DNA of 64,000 nt from Chiloscyllium plagiosum (Eukaryota): NCBI RefSeq assembly GCF_004010195.1, contig NC_057718.1:24862008-24926007 (forward strand), written 5' to 3'. A program made the position numbers and the translations under genes. A model generated the notes under the pieces. The model made no database searches. It saw only the letters and a list, made by a program, of their open reading frames with translations, and was not told the DNA's origin. Positions 1 through 11,830 of this stretch are shown here, piece after piece (position 1 is the first letter of the stretch; each line of letters starts with the position of its first letter).

Positions 1-440
1 CGAACTATCGTGTCCCCAATTACTACTGCTCTGCTGTTCTTCACCCTTCCCTTCTGAGTAACGGGGACAGGCTCCGTGCCAGAGACCTGAGCCCCGTTAC
101 TTACCCCTGGTAAGTCATCCCCCCCATAAGTATCCAAAACGGTATACTTGTTCTTGAGGGGAACGGCCGCAGGGGGTCCCTGCACTGGCTGCTTCCTCCC
201 AGTCCCCCTCACTGTCACCCATCTATCTGCCATCTTTGGAGTTACTACTTCCCTATAACTCTGATCTATGACCCCCTCTGCCTCCCGAATGATCCGAAGT
301 TCATCCAACTCCAGCTCCAGTTCCCTAACATGGTCTTGGAGGAGCTGGAGATGGGTGCACTTCCTGCAAGTGTAATCGGCAGGGATGTCGATGGCATCCC
401 TCACCTCATACATGTTGCAGGAGGAACATTGCACTGCCGA
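1..440 (-). mobile_element. CR1 LINE ORF1, 5' part (zinc finger/leucine zipper leading into an esterase domain); runs off the left edge
   Basis: The minus frame is open: AVQCSSCNMYEV...YTCRKCTHLQLLQDHVRELELELDELRIIREAE...RAVVIGDTIV. The CxxC..CxxC motif, heptad leucines and a GDS-like motif match vertebrate CR1 ORF1. Confidence 0.88.
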
Positions 441-587
441 TTCATTCAGTTCCTGCATTGGTTCGCTTCAGTAACACTCCCCATCAACTCTTAAATTGAT
501 ATCATCACTCAGTTTTCAAACATAAGATGTTAACAGGTGAAAGAAATGCGAACAATAAGTTCTTAATTATTTAGCAACTAGGTTCTG

Positions 588-2298
588 AAGTTACATAAGA
601 ACTCAGAGCAGGAGTAGGCCGTCTGGCCTTTCAAGCTTGCTCTGCCATTCAATAAGATCATGGCTCCACCATTCAATAAGATCCACTTTCCCACTCTCTC
701 ACTGTAACTCTTAATTCCTTTATTGTTCAAAAAAGCTTTAATAACATTTATTGAAATAGTGTCAATTACTTCCCTGGGCAGGGGATTCCATAGATTCACA
801 ACCCTCTGGGTGAAGAAGTTCCGTCTCAATTCAGTCCTAAATCTGTTCCCTCTAATCTTGAGGCTTTGTTCTCTTGTCCTAGTTTCACCTGCCAGTGGAT
901 ACATTCTCTCTACATCTATTTTATCTATTCCCTTCGTAATTTTATATGTTTCTATAAGATCCCCCCACATTCTTCTGAATTCCAATGAATATATCCTAGT
1001 CTACTCAGTCTCTCCTCATAGGCCAATCACTCAACTTCACAATCAACCTAGTGAACCTCCTCTGCACCCCCTCTTGTGCCAGTACATTGTTTCTCAAGTA
1101 AGGAGACCAAAACTGCACACAGTACTCCAGGTGTGGTCTCACCAGCACCATGTACAGCTGCAACGAACCCCCCTGCTTTTAAACTCAATTCCTTTAGCAA
1201 TGAAGGACAAAATTCCATTTGCCTTCCTAATTACTTGTTGTACCTGCAGACTAACCCTCTGTAATTCATGCACAATGACAGCCAGGTCCCTCTGCACAGC
1301 AGCATGCTGCAATTTTTTACCATTCTAGTAATAATCCTTTTTATTGTTACTCCTAACAAAATGGATGACCTCATGTTTATTAACATTGTATTCCATCTGC
1401 CAGACCTTTGCCCACTCACTCAAAGTATTAATGCTCCTCTGCAAAGTTTCACAGTCCTCTGCCCACTTTGCTCTGCCACTCATCTTAGTGTCAACTGCAA
1501 ACATTGACACGCTACACGTGGTCCCCAACTCCAAATCATCTATGTAAATTGTGAATAATTGCTGCGCCAACACCGATCCCTGAGGCACACCACTAGTCAT
1601 TGATTGCCAGCCAGAATAGCACTCATTTATGCCCACTGTTTGCTTCCTGTTAGTCAACCAATCCTCTTTCCATGCTAATACTTCACCCGTAATGCCATGC
1701 ATCTTTATCTTATGCAGCAGCCTCTTGTGCGGCACCTTGCTGAAGGCCTTTTGAAAATCTAGGTACACCACATCCACTGGGTCCCCGTTGTCCACCTTGC
1801 TCGTAATGTCTTCATAGAATTCTAAAAGATTTGTAAAGGTGGACGGCACGGTGGCACAGTGGTTAGCACTGCTGCTTCGCAGCGCCAGAGACCCGGGTTC
1901 AATTCCCGTCTCAGGCGACTGACTGTGTGGAGTTTGCACGTTCTCCCCGTGTCTGCGTGGGTTTCCTCCAGGTGCTCCGGTTTCCTCCCACAGTCCAAAG
2001 ATGTGCAGGTCAGGTGAATTGGCCATGCTAAATTGCCCGTAGTGTTAGGTAAGGGGTAAATGTAGGGGTATGGGTGGGTTACGCTTCGGCGGGTCGGTGT
2101 CGACCTGTTGGGCCAAAGGGCCTGTTTCCACACTGTAAAGTAATCTAATCTAATCTAATCATAACCTGCCTTTCATGAATCTATGGTGTGTCTGCCCAAC
2201 AGGACAATTTTTATCAAGATGCCTTGCTATTTCTTCCTTGACAACAGATTTAAGCATTTTCCCCACTACAGAGGTTAAACTAACTGGTCTATAATTCA
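588..2298 (-). mobile_element. CR1 LINE ORF2 3' part (RT) and 3' UTR, degraded and interrupted by a SINE
   Basis: Motifs TNLLEFYEDIT, VDVVYLDFQKAFSKVPH, SGVPQGSVL and RRNFFTQRVVNLWN; frameshifts present. Confidence 0.95.
1843..2160 (+). mobile_element. HE1-type tRNA-derived V-SINE, full length and young
   Basis: A box TGGCACAGTGG, B box GGTTCAATTCC, V-domain (gtgtggagtttgcacgttctccccgtgtctgcgtgggtttcctcc), LINE-like 3' end and (TAATC)n tail. Confidence 0.93.
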
Positions 2299-3041
2299 AC
2301 CAGATCATTCACTTTAATACCCTCATCCCTCTGCCAATAAATAAACTAAAATTAATTATCTGCTCATTCTGTTCATGAGGTATTGCAGATATAAAATGGC
2401 TGCTGTGTTTACACGACAAGTCACAGTGCTTCAAAAGTAAGTTATTGTTTGAAGCACTTGGAGATACTTCAATATGGTAAAGTACTGGGTCAATACAATA
2501 ATCATTAGTACTTGAATGATTGATTTTGCAATCAATTAGGATCTAGGATTATGGAATGTATGCTAAATTGAATGGTTCGTCCTGCTTCCAGATTTCTCTG
2601 TATTGTACTAGATAATGTGGTTAACCTGTGACTGAATGGAAAGTACTTCTCCCCTCCCCTATTTATTTTTCACTTTCCCAAAAGGCATTAACTTATACTG
2701 GCGACATTTCACAGTCTTAGGCTACTCTCTGGCATCTTATTTATGCCTAGTTAGTGGATACTGGCATACTTTATAAATGTGAGAGACATTACAAGTTAAT
2801 TCACCCATGCAGTCCACTGCCATTAGCATAAAACGGATGGCATGGGCAGCCCATGCTGGAGTAGGAGAAATGTATTTTTAACCACCCTATTAAAAAGTGG
2901 GGTGTCCTTTCAGAAGTGGGTGCTCTCTAAGAAACCGGTGCAGCATATAATAGAAAGCCCACTTCAGCAAACAAATTCATTGGGAAAATGTCTGAACTAG
3001 AATTCTAATAGCAGTAAATTATGCAAATAACAATGGGATGA

Positions 3042-3251
3042 TCAATTAATTACAGTGCAACATATTCTCCCAAGTATCTTGATATTTTTCTCACTCTTTT
3101 TGGAGACAGCTCTTCTTCCACCTAATGGCAGACTTTCTTCAAATGTGTGGGATGATGAGAATGGTTGGAGGCTTGGAGAGTGGTACCGACACTCATTTTC
3201 AGCGTGGTTGCTTTTCTTTTCTCCTATTCCGTTAATCTTCACGCAAATCCC
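3042..3251 (-). CDS. Candidate terminal coding exon of an unidentified gene
   Basis: Acceptor cttcacttcacttgttcttcag| at 3252. Phase-0 frame GICVKINGIGEKKSNHAENECRYHSPSLQ...KNIKILGRICCTVIN*. Unique sequence; minus-strand AATAAA at 2662-2667. Confidence 0.45.
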   Translation of the reverse strand, partial: GICVKINGIGEKKSNHAENECRYHSPSLQPFSSSHTFEESLPLGGRRAVSKKSEKNIKILGRICCTVIN

Positions 3252-4932
3252 CTGAAGAACAAGTGAAGTGAAGCTTCCAATCTCGTTTCAAATCTTCATG
3301 CATTTGATCATTTTAATCTGAGTGCAAGCTCGCACCCACATTCCTGCACCCGGGACCAATGAGGCTTTCAGCCTCTGGCTATTTCCTCTTTCCTGAATCC
3401 AGGCAGGACACCTATATATGGAAGTTTCAGGGGTATCTTCAGAACCCCACCTCCCAAAGCCCATCTCCACAGCGATTTGCATCTCATAGTCCTTGCTAAC
3501 AACGTTGATTATCTCCTTAAGAAAACAAATCTATCCTATCCCTGTTTTAAATATATTCATTTACAACCCAACATTCCCAATATCTGCTTGGAAGCTGAGG
3601 GGCTAGCAGTTTAACCACTGTAAACGTGAATACTGCTATTGTCTCCCAGTGTGAACACCGTTATTTCTTCTTTGCTCCAAACAATCTAGACCTCCCTGTA
3701 ATCTCCAAAAGCCACCCAGGCTGGACGTCAGGCAAATTTCAGAACAGGTCACATGATCCCTTCATTTTATCCTAAGTTAACGACAGCTCCAAAGTAAAAA
3801 CCTATTCATGTCAGATTTGTAACACAGCAGTGACTGCAGTTCAAATGTACATCTTTAGCTGTGAAGCATTTTGAAATATCCAGTGGTCATGAAAAGCTGT
3901 ATGGAAATGCAAATATTTCTTTATCTTTCTTTTTACTGCATAGAGGGAGAATAAAACAATCAATGAAAAATATTCTTCATCAACTTCTTTTCTAAAGTGT
4001 CAGTACATCGACTGCAGCAAAGGAGAACTTTCAAAATGTTGCGATTCGGTTTGATTTCCAATCCTGACTCTCACTGGCAGTGAAGTATAATAGTTTACCA
4101 CCCATCAGGCTCAGTACCTTCCTGAGATTTTGGTGCACAGAGGCCAGATTTTCATGCCTTGGACCATGTCAGAACCGAGGCGGCTGAGATTTAAAAATGT
4201 TAGTTGAGATCCTATTCCAGCATTCCCAATAGCATTCCCACTCTGCGAACTTTTTAAGATTGTGGTACCTATTTAGGGCGATTATTGCATGATATCTGCG
4301 TCATCATCTGCAGCATCTGGTTCATTACTCTGAAGTCTCCTATCCAACAACCCACAGCAAGGAAGCTAGATGTCGATATGAAAGTCAGAGCGGGTACCTG
4401 GTGACTCCAGGTATCATCGCTTGCTCCTCTGGATATTCACCTTGGAGAGCCAGCACCAACATCTCAGGGTACCTTTGATGGGAAGTGACCACACGCACCC
4501 CTTTCACACTAAACAGCAACCCTTCCATCCATGGAAACTACCATCTGATATGTGCCAACCCTACTGCATCATCATGTACATCACCTTATAGCACACGTCT
4601 GCACTGCCAGGCTGGACCCAAGGCACACTGGGATATCATCATTACGTTGGCACTTCAGGGACAGGAACCCAGCTCACAGAGCATTTCATGGATGTTCATT
4701 TGCTCTCATACTGCTCACTCACTTTAAACCTACCTCGGGGCTCACAGCATCCATGCCTTACTTGGTATTTTTGTAGTGTGCTTCCTCAGCCCAAGTTACC
4801 CGGTTCACAGTAGTACTGTTTTGCCTGATCATTTAGAGCAGTCACAAAGCCAGGAAGCTTGTCATGGTTGCCAGAAGTCTTTATCAAGTCAAGTGTGACA
4901 GGAGTCCTAGCACAATGGGTCAAGGGTGGCCT

Positions 4933-5040
4933 TTAGATTAGATTAGATTACTTACAGTGTGGAAACAGGCCCTTCGGCCCAACAAGTCCACGCCGACCCG
5001 CCGAAGCGCAACCCACCCATACCCCTGCATTTACCCCTTT
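4933..5040 (-). mobile_element. HE1 SINE 3' fragment
   Basis: Reverse complement of the 3' end of 1843-2160, including the (GATTA)n tail. Confidence 0.9.
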
Positions 5041-5941
5041 AATATCAGTTCTGTGGCTTTGACACTGTCAGTCAGCCACTCAAAGAAGGCAGGGTCATAC
5101 TCTGAAGGGATGAGAGAAAAATTTTGGGTAGCCCTCCATCCAGTTTGGCTTGCTTTACTCTATTGTCCTGGTATAACAGAAAGGGCTATATTAATGGAGA
5201 TGAAAGCAGCTGACACAGCAGTTACTGTTGATGCAGTTAGGGGAACATTGATGGGGTGCTCAGAGGCAATGAGTAGGCAGTGCAGAATGCATGCTAGGTT
5301 CATCATGTTGTTGAGGGTTGGGGAAGGGAAAAGTGAGTGAATGAGGATACCACATGCAAAGGTGAGAAGGGTATAGCATGAGCCAAGATGGCAGGTGGGT
5401 ACAATAACAGAACTGGAGTGAGCGTGAGATATCAGAGAGAAGACAGCAGCATTTACACAAACGGAGAGAGAAAGGTCAATGACCTCCCTCCTGTGGTGCT
5501 GGCCAAACCTCCGGATGGCTCAGACTGCTTTAACCCAGGTAGCAATCTCAGACCAGGTATGGCGTGTGGCCTCCATCGGCAGTCCTGGGGTAAGAGGATG
5601 CCCATGCTCTGCATCAATTTGTCCAGGTCTTTGCCTACAAAGTGGGCTGCCAATTTCCCCTAATCTGCCTATGTCAGGAGCTATGCAAGGCAGTTCGGGT
5701 CTTATGACATGTGACTCAGTACGTAATGTCATTTAAAGATTGCATCGATGAGAGGGGTTTAGGTCGACTTGAATCATAGAATCTGTAAGCGTGGAAAGAG
5801 ATCATTTAGCTCATCTCATCTGCAATGACCGTTCAAAGAGCATCCCACCCAAAACCCAGCCCCCTACCCTAGCCCTTGAACCCCGCATTTCCCTTGGTTA
5901 ATCTACCTAGCCTGCACATCCCTAGATATAACAGACTATTT

Positions 5942-6073
5942 CATATGAGGTGCAGGAAAATCGATGTTTCGGGCAAAAGCCTTTCATCAGGAATCCTGGT
6001 GAAGGGCTATGCTTTCCAGCACCACTCTAATCTTGACTCTGATCTCCAGGATCTGCTGTCCTCACTTTTGCCT
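5942..6073. mobile_element. Penelope-like inverted terminal fragment inserted in an older minus-strand HE1 relic (~5771-6110)
   Basis: Same family as 13475 and 33944. TSD agactattt at 5933-5941 and 6074-6082. Minus-strand CTGATGAAAGGCTTTTGCCCGAAACATC at 5963-5990. Confidence 0.75.
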
Positions 6074-7011
6074 AGACTATTTAGTATGTCCAGTCCACCT
6101 TTTTGGACTCTGGGGTACCTGATAGCAGAGAGATGTTCCAGCTATAAATTGTAAAATCGGGCTAGAATCGGACAGGATGTGCAGCATAGGGGTGTGGTAG
6201 ATAGTTGAAGAGATGAGTTTGGTGAGATAACACAAGAAAAGGCCTCATTTAGAGAAACTCAATAAAACGGACACTTTGCCATAATATGGCAGGGGTCAGT
6301 CAGCCTGTGGTCTTTGCATATTTCTCATCAAAAGCTATCACACTATTGCCACACTACATTGTCAGTCTAGATTATGTGGTTTGAACTATGGAGCATGGAT
6401 TAAAACCACTTACTTCTGCGCAGAAGTACAGCTGGCATCTTTAATCTGCAAGGGGAAATTAGACAAGGACAGTGCGTATCCAATCAACTTTGTCATAAAC
6501 TGCACGTATGCGGTCCTCTGATGAAGTTAACCGAGGCCCCACATTTAATATTATTCAGTTAAATAATTTGCTGAAACACACTCACAACCAAGACTCACAC
6601 AAGAGTGACTGCAACCATTTTCTAATCCTGGCAAGAGCACAGATAAACTACCATGTGTTCAGTCACAGAAATATGATGGACATTTTACATTATAATTTTT
6701 TTAGGACACAAATGATATTTGATGAGAGGTTTCACGCCGTATTACACAATCCCCTGTAGTTTCTGATATGGTTACATCCTGTATTCTCCAGTGCAGAGAA
6801 TGTCAATATTTTCACTGCAGTCCAGAAAACAATTATTCAGTTGAATTTTGGGACAGGCTTAGCAAAATAAATTTATGGAGAAGCAAACACTCATGACAGG
6901 TCCCAGAGAAAATATTGACAAAGGGACTGAAACTATTTTGGTACACATTTGGCACTTTTTATCCCTTCCCAAATAATATATTCTTCAGAATTGAAATGCA
7001 GGAATGTTTCC

Positions 7012-7154
7012 ATTCTGAAGAATGGTCATTGAACTCCAAACACTAACTCTGCTTTCTCTCCACAGATGCAGCCAGACCTGCTGAGTTTCTCTAGCATTTT
7101 CTGTTTTGGATTGTTCCAGATTACCAGCATTTGTGCTTCTTTGTTTTATTTCAG
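7012..7154 (+). mobile_element. Penelope-like 3' terminal fragment, single arm
   Basis: ctgaagaatggtca...aactctgctttctctccacagatgcagccagacctgctgagtttctc, the same family as 23488 and 38530. Confidence 0.7.
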
Positions 7155-7714
7155 CATTTCCTTACTGTTGGGGATTCAGATGTCTGTCAAAGCTTTTCAA
7201 GTAATTACTATTCTGACAGCTGAACCCACCCCTGCAACACTATTATATTGAGGCTGCGGTGCAGAAAACCTACAGTGTGCACTTGCAACAATTCATTAAG
7301 GTTACTTCAGTAATAATGTCTAGATGTGTTCACAAGGGAGACAGGTCTAGAAAGATATGTTTTCTAGACACAGATGTAAGCAGGCTTCTGTGGGACATAA
7401 ACACTAGCATGGACCTGTCAGGTCGAATGACTGTTGCAATGTAAATAATTTATGATACTTAACAGTCATTTCCTCTTTGATTTCGCATTGCCGAAAAGGA
7501 TAGGTGCAGCAACATTGTTGGAATACCATCTCCTCAAGGTTACTTTTCAAATCATGCACCCCAATGTGATTTGGGCAGATAGTCATTTCTTCACCATTGT
7601 TGGGTCAATATCCTGGAATTTTCTAATTTAACACTGTTGTCACAAGGACTTCAGCAATTTAAGGAGAAGGCCCATCACAATCTTATTAGGGTTAATTGCC
7701 TACATAGCTCATAA

Positions 7715-8205
7715 AGAGTCATAGAGTCAGACAGCATGGAAGCAAACCCTTCAGTCAAACTCGTCCATGCCGACCAAGTTTTCCGAGCTAAACTAATCCC
7801 ATTTGCATGTGTCTGACTCATATCCCTCTCAACCTTTCCTCTTTATATACCTGTCCAAATGGCTTTTAAATGTTGTGACTGTATCTGCATCTAACACTTC
7901 CTCTGGCAGTTCTTGTTTGAAAAACGTGCTGCTCAGGTCCCTTTTAAATCTTTCTCCTCTCACCTTAAAATTATGTCCTATAGTTTTCTCACCCTAAGAA
8001 AAGGACCTTTACTATTCACTTTATCTATGCCCCTCATGATTTTATAAACCTTTATTAGATCACCCCTCAACCTCCTGCACTCCAGTGAAAAAATGTCCCA
8101 GCCTATCCAGCCTCTCTTTATAATTCAAACCTTCCATTCCAAGTAACATCCTGGTAAATCTTTTCTGAACCCGCTCCAATTTAATAATATCCTTTCTATA
8201 GCAGA
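7715..8205 (-). mobile_element. CR1 LINE 3' fragment
   Basis: Reverse-strand CR1 C-terminal motifs (RLGHFFTGVQEVEG*SNKVYKIMRGIDKV-like, frameshifted) and a short tandem tail (agagtcatagagtc). Confidence 0.85.
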
Positions 8206-8307
8206 ACAAATCTTAAGGAAATTATTCTAGGCATGCACAATACATAGAGTACAAGTATATTTTATATCATAATGCAACAATGATTAACAACAGAAACTGG
8301 ACTGATA

Positions 8308-11300
8308 GCCTACATCCTAGGGTATTAAAGGAAATAGCAGAGGAGATAGTGGATCCATTAGTACAATATCCCAAAATTCCCTAGACACGGGAAAAGTTCC
8401 AGTGGATTGAAAAAATGCTAATGTAACACTTTTATTCAAAAAGGGAGGAAGGTGAAATGTGGAAAATTACAGATTGATTAATTTAACATCTGTTCAGAAA
8501 GTGCATGAATCAATTATCAAGGAAGCAATGTCAGGGCATTTGGAAAGTGAAGACACTATCCATCAGAGTCAGCAATAGAACATAAAAACCTGCAGCAGGA
8601 GGAGGCCATTTGGCCCTTTGAGCCTTCTCTGCCTTTCAATAAGATCATGGCGGATCTTTTGATGGCCTCAGCTGCAGTTACCCCTGCTCTCACCATAACC
8701 CTTAATTTCTTTATTCTTCAAAAAAAAAATCTATATGAGCTTTAAAAACATTTCTTAAGTACTGTCAACTACTTCACAGGGCAGGGAATTCCACAGATTA
8801 ACAACCCACTGGATGAAGAAGCTCCTTTTCAATTCAGCCCTAAATCTGCTCCCCCTAATCTTGAGGCTATGCCCTCTTGTTCTAGTCTCACCTGCCAGTG
8901 GAAACATCCTCTCTACATCTATCTTATCAATTTTCTGCATAATTTTATACGTTTCTATAAGATCACCCCTCTGAATGCGAATGAATATAATCCCAGTCTA
9001 CTCAATCTCTCCTCATAAGGCAATCCCCTCAACTCTGAAATTAATTTAGTGAACCTCCTCTGCACCCCCTCTTGTGCCAGTACATTGTTTCTCAAGTAAG
9101 GAGACCAAAACTGCACACAGTACTCCAGGTGTGGCCTCACCAGCACCATGTACAGCTGCAACGTAACCCCCCCTGCTTTTAAACTCAATCCCTTTAGCAA
9201 TGAAGGACAACATTCCATTTGCCTTCCTAATTACCTACTGTACCTGCAGACCGACCCTCTGTGATTCATGCACAAGGACACCTAGGTCCTACTGCACAGC
9301 AGCATGCTGCAACTTTTTAACCATTCACATAATAATCCTTTTTATGTTACTCCTACTAAAATGGATGACTTCATATTTATTTATATTATATTCCATCTGC
9401 TAGACCTTTGCCCACTCACTTAAAGTATCTACGTCCTTTTGCAAAGTTTCACAGTCCTCTGTACACTTTGCTCTGCCGCTCATCTTAGTGTTATCTGCAA
9501 ACTTTGACACACTACACGTGGTCGCCAACTCCAAATCATCTATATAAATTGTAAATAATTATGGTCCCAACACCGATCCCTGAGGCACACCACTCGTCAC
9601 TGATTGCCAGCCAGAATAGCACTCATTTATCCCCACTCTTTGCTTCCTGTTAGTCAACCAACCTGCTATCCATGCTAATCCTTTACCCATAATGTCACAC
9701 AGATTATCTTATGCAGCAGCCTCTTGGGCGGCACCTTGTCAAAGACCTTTTGAAAATCTATGTACACCATGTCCACTGGGTCCCCATTATCCACTGTGTT
9801 CATAATGTCTTCATAGAATTCCAAAAGATTTGTTAATCATGACCTGCCCTTCATGACCTATGTTGCATCTGCCAGCAGGACAATTTCTGTCTAGATGACT
9901 TGCTTTCTCTTCTTTGAAAATAGACTCAAGCATCTTCCCCACTACAAAAGTTAAGCTAACTGGTGTATAATTTCCCATCTTTTGTCTACCACCCTTTTTA
10001 AACAATGACATCGCATTTGTTATTTTCCAATCTGCTGGAACTGCTCCAGAGTTCAGCAAATTTTGGAAAATTGCCACAAATGCACTTACTATTTCTCCTG
10101 TCATCCTTTTGAGTAAGCTAGAATGCATCCCATCAGGGCCAGGAGACTTCTCTATCTCTGGCCCCATTATCTTTCCCAACACTATTTCTTTCATGATAAT
10201 GATTATTTCCAGGTCCTCCACTATGTTCATCTCTTTGTCAATTACTCGCATGTCATTCGTGTCCTCTACTGTGAAGACCAACACAAACTACCTCTTCAAT
10301 GCCTCGGCCATCTCACCATTTCCCATGGCTAAATGTCTCTTCTCATCTTCTAAAGGACCAACATTCACTTTAGCCACTCTTTTTTGTTTTATATATTTAT
10401 AGAAACTTTTGCTGTCTGTCTTTATATTCTGTGCTAGTTTTTTCTCATTTCTATGTCATTTTTCTTTATAGCTCTTTTTGTGGCTTTCTGTTGACCTTTA
10501 AAGGATTTTCAATCTTCTCATTTCCTACTGATCTTGGCCACTCTTGTATGCCTTCTTTTTAATTTTGATTGTCTCCCTTATTTAACATGGTACAGTGAAG
10601 GGCAAATCATATTTGACTAATTTGCTAGAGTTCTTCGAAGATGTAACAAGCAAAGTAGATAATGGGGATCTTGCGGATGTAATATATCTGGACTTTCAGA
10701 AGGCATATGATAAGATGCTACATAAAAGATTAACTCACAAGGTTGGATCATATGGGACTGGGATAATTTATTAGCTTAGATAGATGACTAGCTGATGGAC
10801 AGAAAACTGAGAGTCAGGATATTTTTTCTTTTCTGGATGGCAAGATGTAACCAGTGAGGTACCACAGGGTTCGTTCCTCTGACCCCAGATATTTACAACC
10901 TAAATTAATGACTTGGATACAGGGATAGATGGCTACGGAGCCAAATTTGTGGATGACACAAAAATAGGGGTGATGGTAAATTGCAATGAGGAAATATGAA
11001 CCTTAAAAATTGAACTAGATAGGTTAGGAGAGTGGATCTTAACATGGATTAGTGTGAGATCATGCATTTTGGTCGGAAAAATGGTAAGGGGATCTATCAT
11101 CTAAAAGGGGAGAGATGTCGGGGTGCTCCGGTGCAGAGGGATCTGGGTGTCCTCACTCATGAGTCACAGAAAACTAGCATGCAGGTACAGCAGATAATTT
11201 GAAAGTGAATGGAATGTTAGGTTTCATAGCTAAAGGAATAAAATATAAAAAGTAAGGAAGTATTGTTGCAACTAAAGCATCATTGAGACTGTACTGAAGT

Positions 11301-11830
11301 ATTGTGTGCAGTTTTGGGCCCCTTATTTGAGGAAAGATGTAATGGCCTTAGAAATACTTCAGAGGAGGTTCACTAGATTGATGCCAGAGATGAGGGGTTT
11401 GTCGTGTGAAGAGAGATTGAACAGTTAGGCCTATACTCTCCGGAATTTAAAATAATGAGGGGAGAGCAATTGAGGTACTGGATAAATTCAGGTATGGATA
11501 AAATAGATGTGGAGCAGATGCTTTCTCTTGTGGGGCATTCTAGGATGAGAGGTCATAGTCTTAGGATAAGGGGTAGCAAATTTAAAACAGAGTTAAGGAG
11601 AAACTCCTTCTTCCCAAGGGTTGTGAATCTATGGAATTCACTATCCCAAAGTGCGGTGGATGCTGGGACATGTAAGGAAGAGTTTGACAGATTTTTAATT
11701 GGTAATGGGATGAAGGGCTATGGGGAGAAGGCAGGAAAATGAGAGTGAGGAGCATATCAGCCATAATCAAATGGCAGAGCACTCGATGGACCAAATGGCC
11801 TAATTCTCCTCCGATAGCTTATGAACTTGT
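8308..11830 (+). mobile_element. CR1 LINE ORF2 (RT), degraded; split into 8308-8574 and 10586-11830 by a nested CR1
   Basis: HPRVLKEIAEEIVDPL..D*KNANVTLLFKKG..SQH | HG..KGKSYLTNLLEFFEDV..YLDFQKAYDK..VPQG..KFVDDTK..RVVNLWNSL, then the 3' UTR. Confidence 0.93.
8575..10585 (-). mobile_element. CR1 LINE, ~2 kb, 5'-truncated and nested; same subfamily as 588-2298
   Basis: KSPGPDGMH, VPADWK, VRPHLEYCVQFWSPY, QRRFTKLI. Long near-identical stretches shared with 1050-1830. Confidence 0.95.

Larger units (their letters stand above)
4141..6163 (-). mobile_element. PIF/Harbinger-like DNA transposon relic with a Myb/SANT-like ORF remnant
   Basis: Minus-strand 5470-5650 reads AAHFVGKDLDKL...(frameshift)WSEIATWVKAV*AIRRFGQHHRREVIDL, resembling the Harbinger Myb/SANT protein. 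Imperfect inverted ends aggccagattttca (4141) and gtaaaatcgggct (6151-6163). Confidence 0.5.

Noticed and set aside
723..1328. 201-aa plus-strand ORF
   Set aside because: It is the antisense frame of a CR1 RT 3' region, not a host gene.
1843..1915. tRNA-like sequence with A and B boxes (also at 17058, 40873 and 47232)
   Set aside because: These are SINE heads that continue into the V-domain and tail, not tRNA genes.
1325..2026. 233-aa ORF with RT motifs and a novel N-terminus
   Set aside because: It is a chance fusion of an antisense HE1 SINE with a broken CR1 RT whose catalytic motif is mutated (FAVD).
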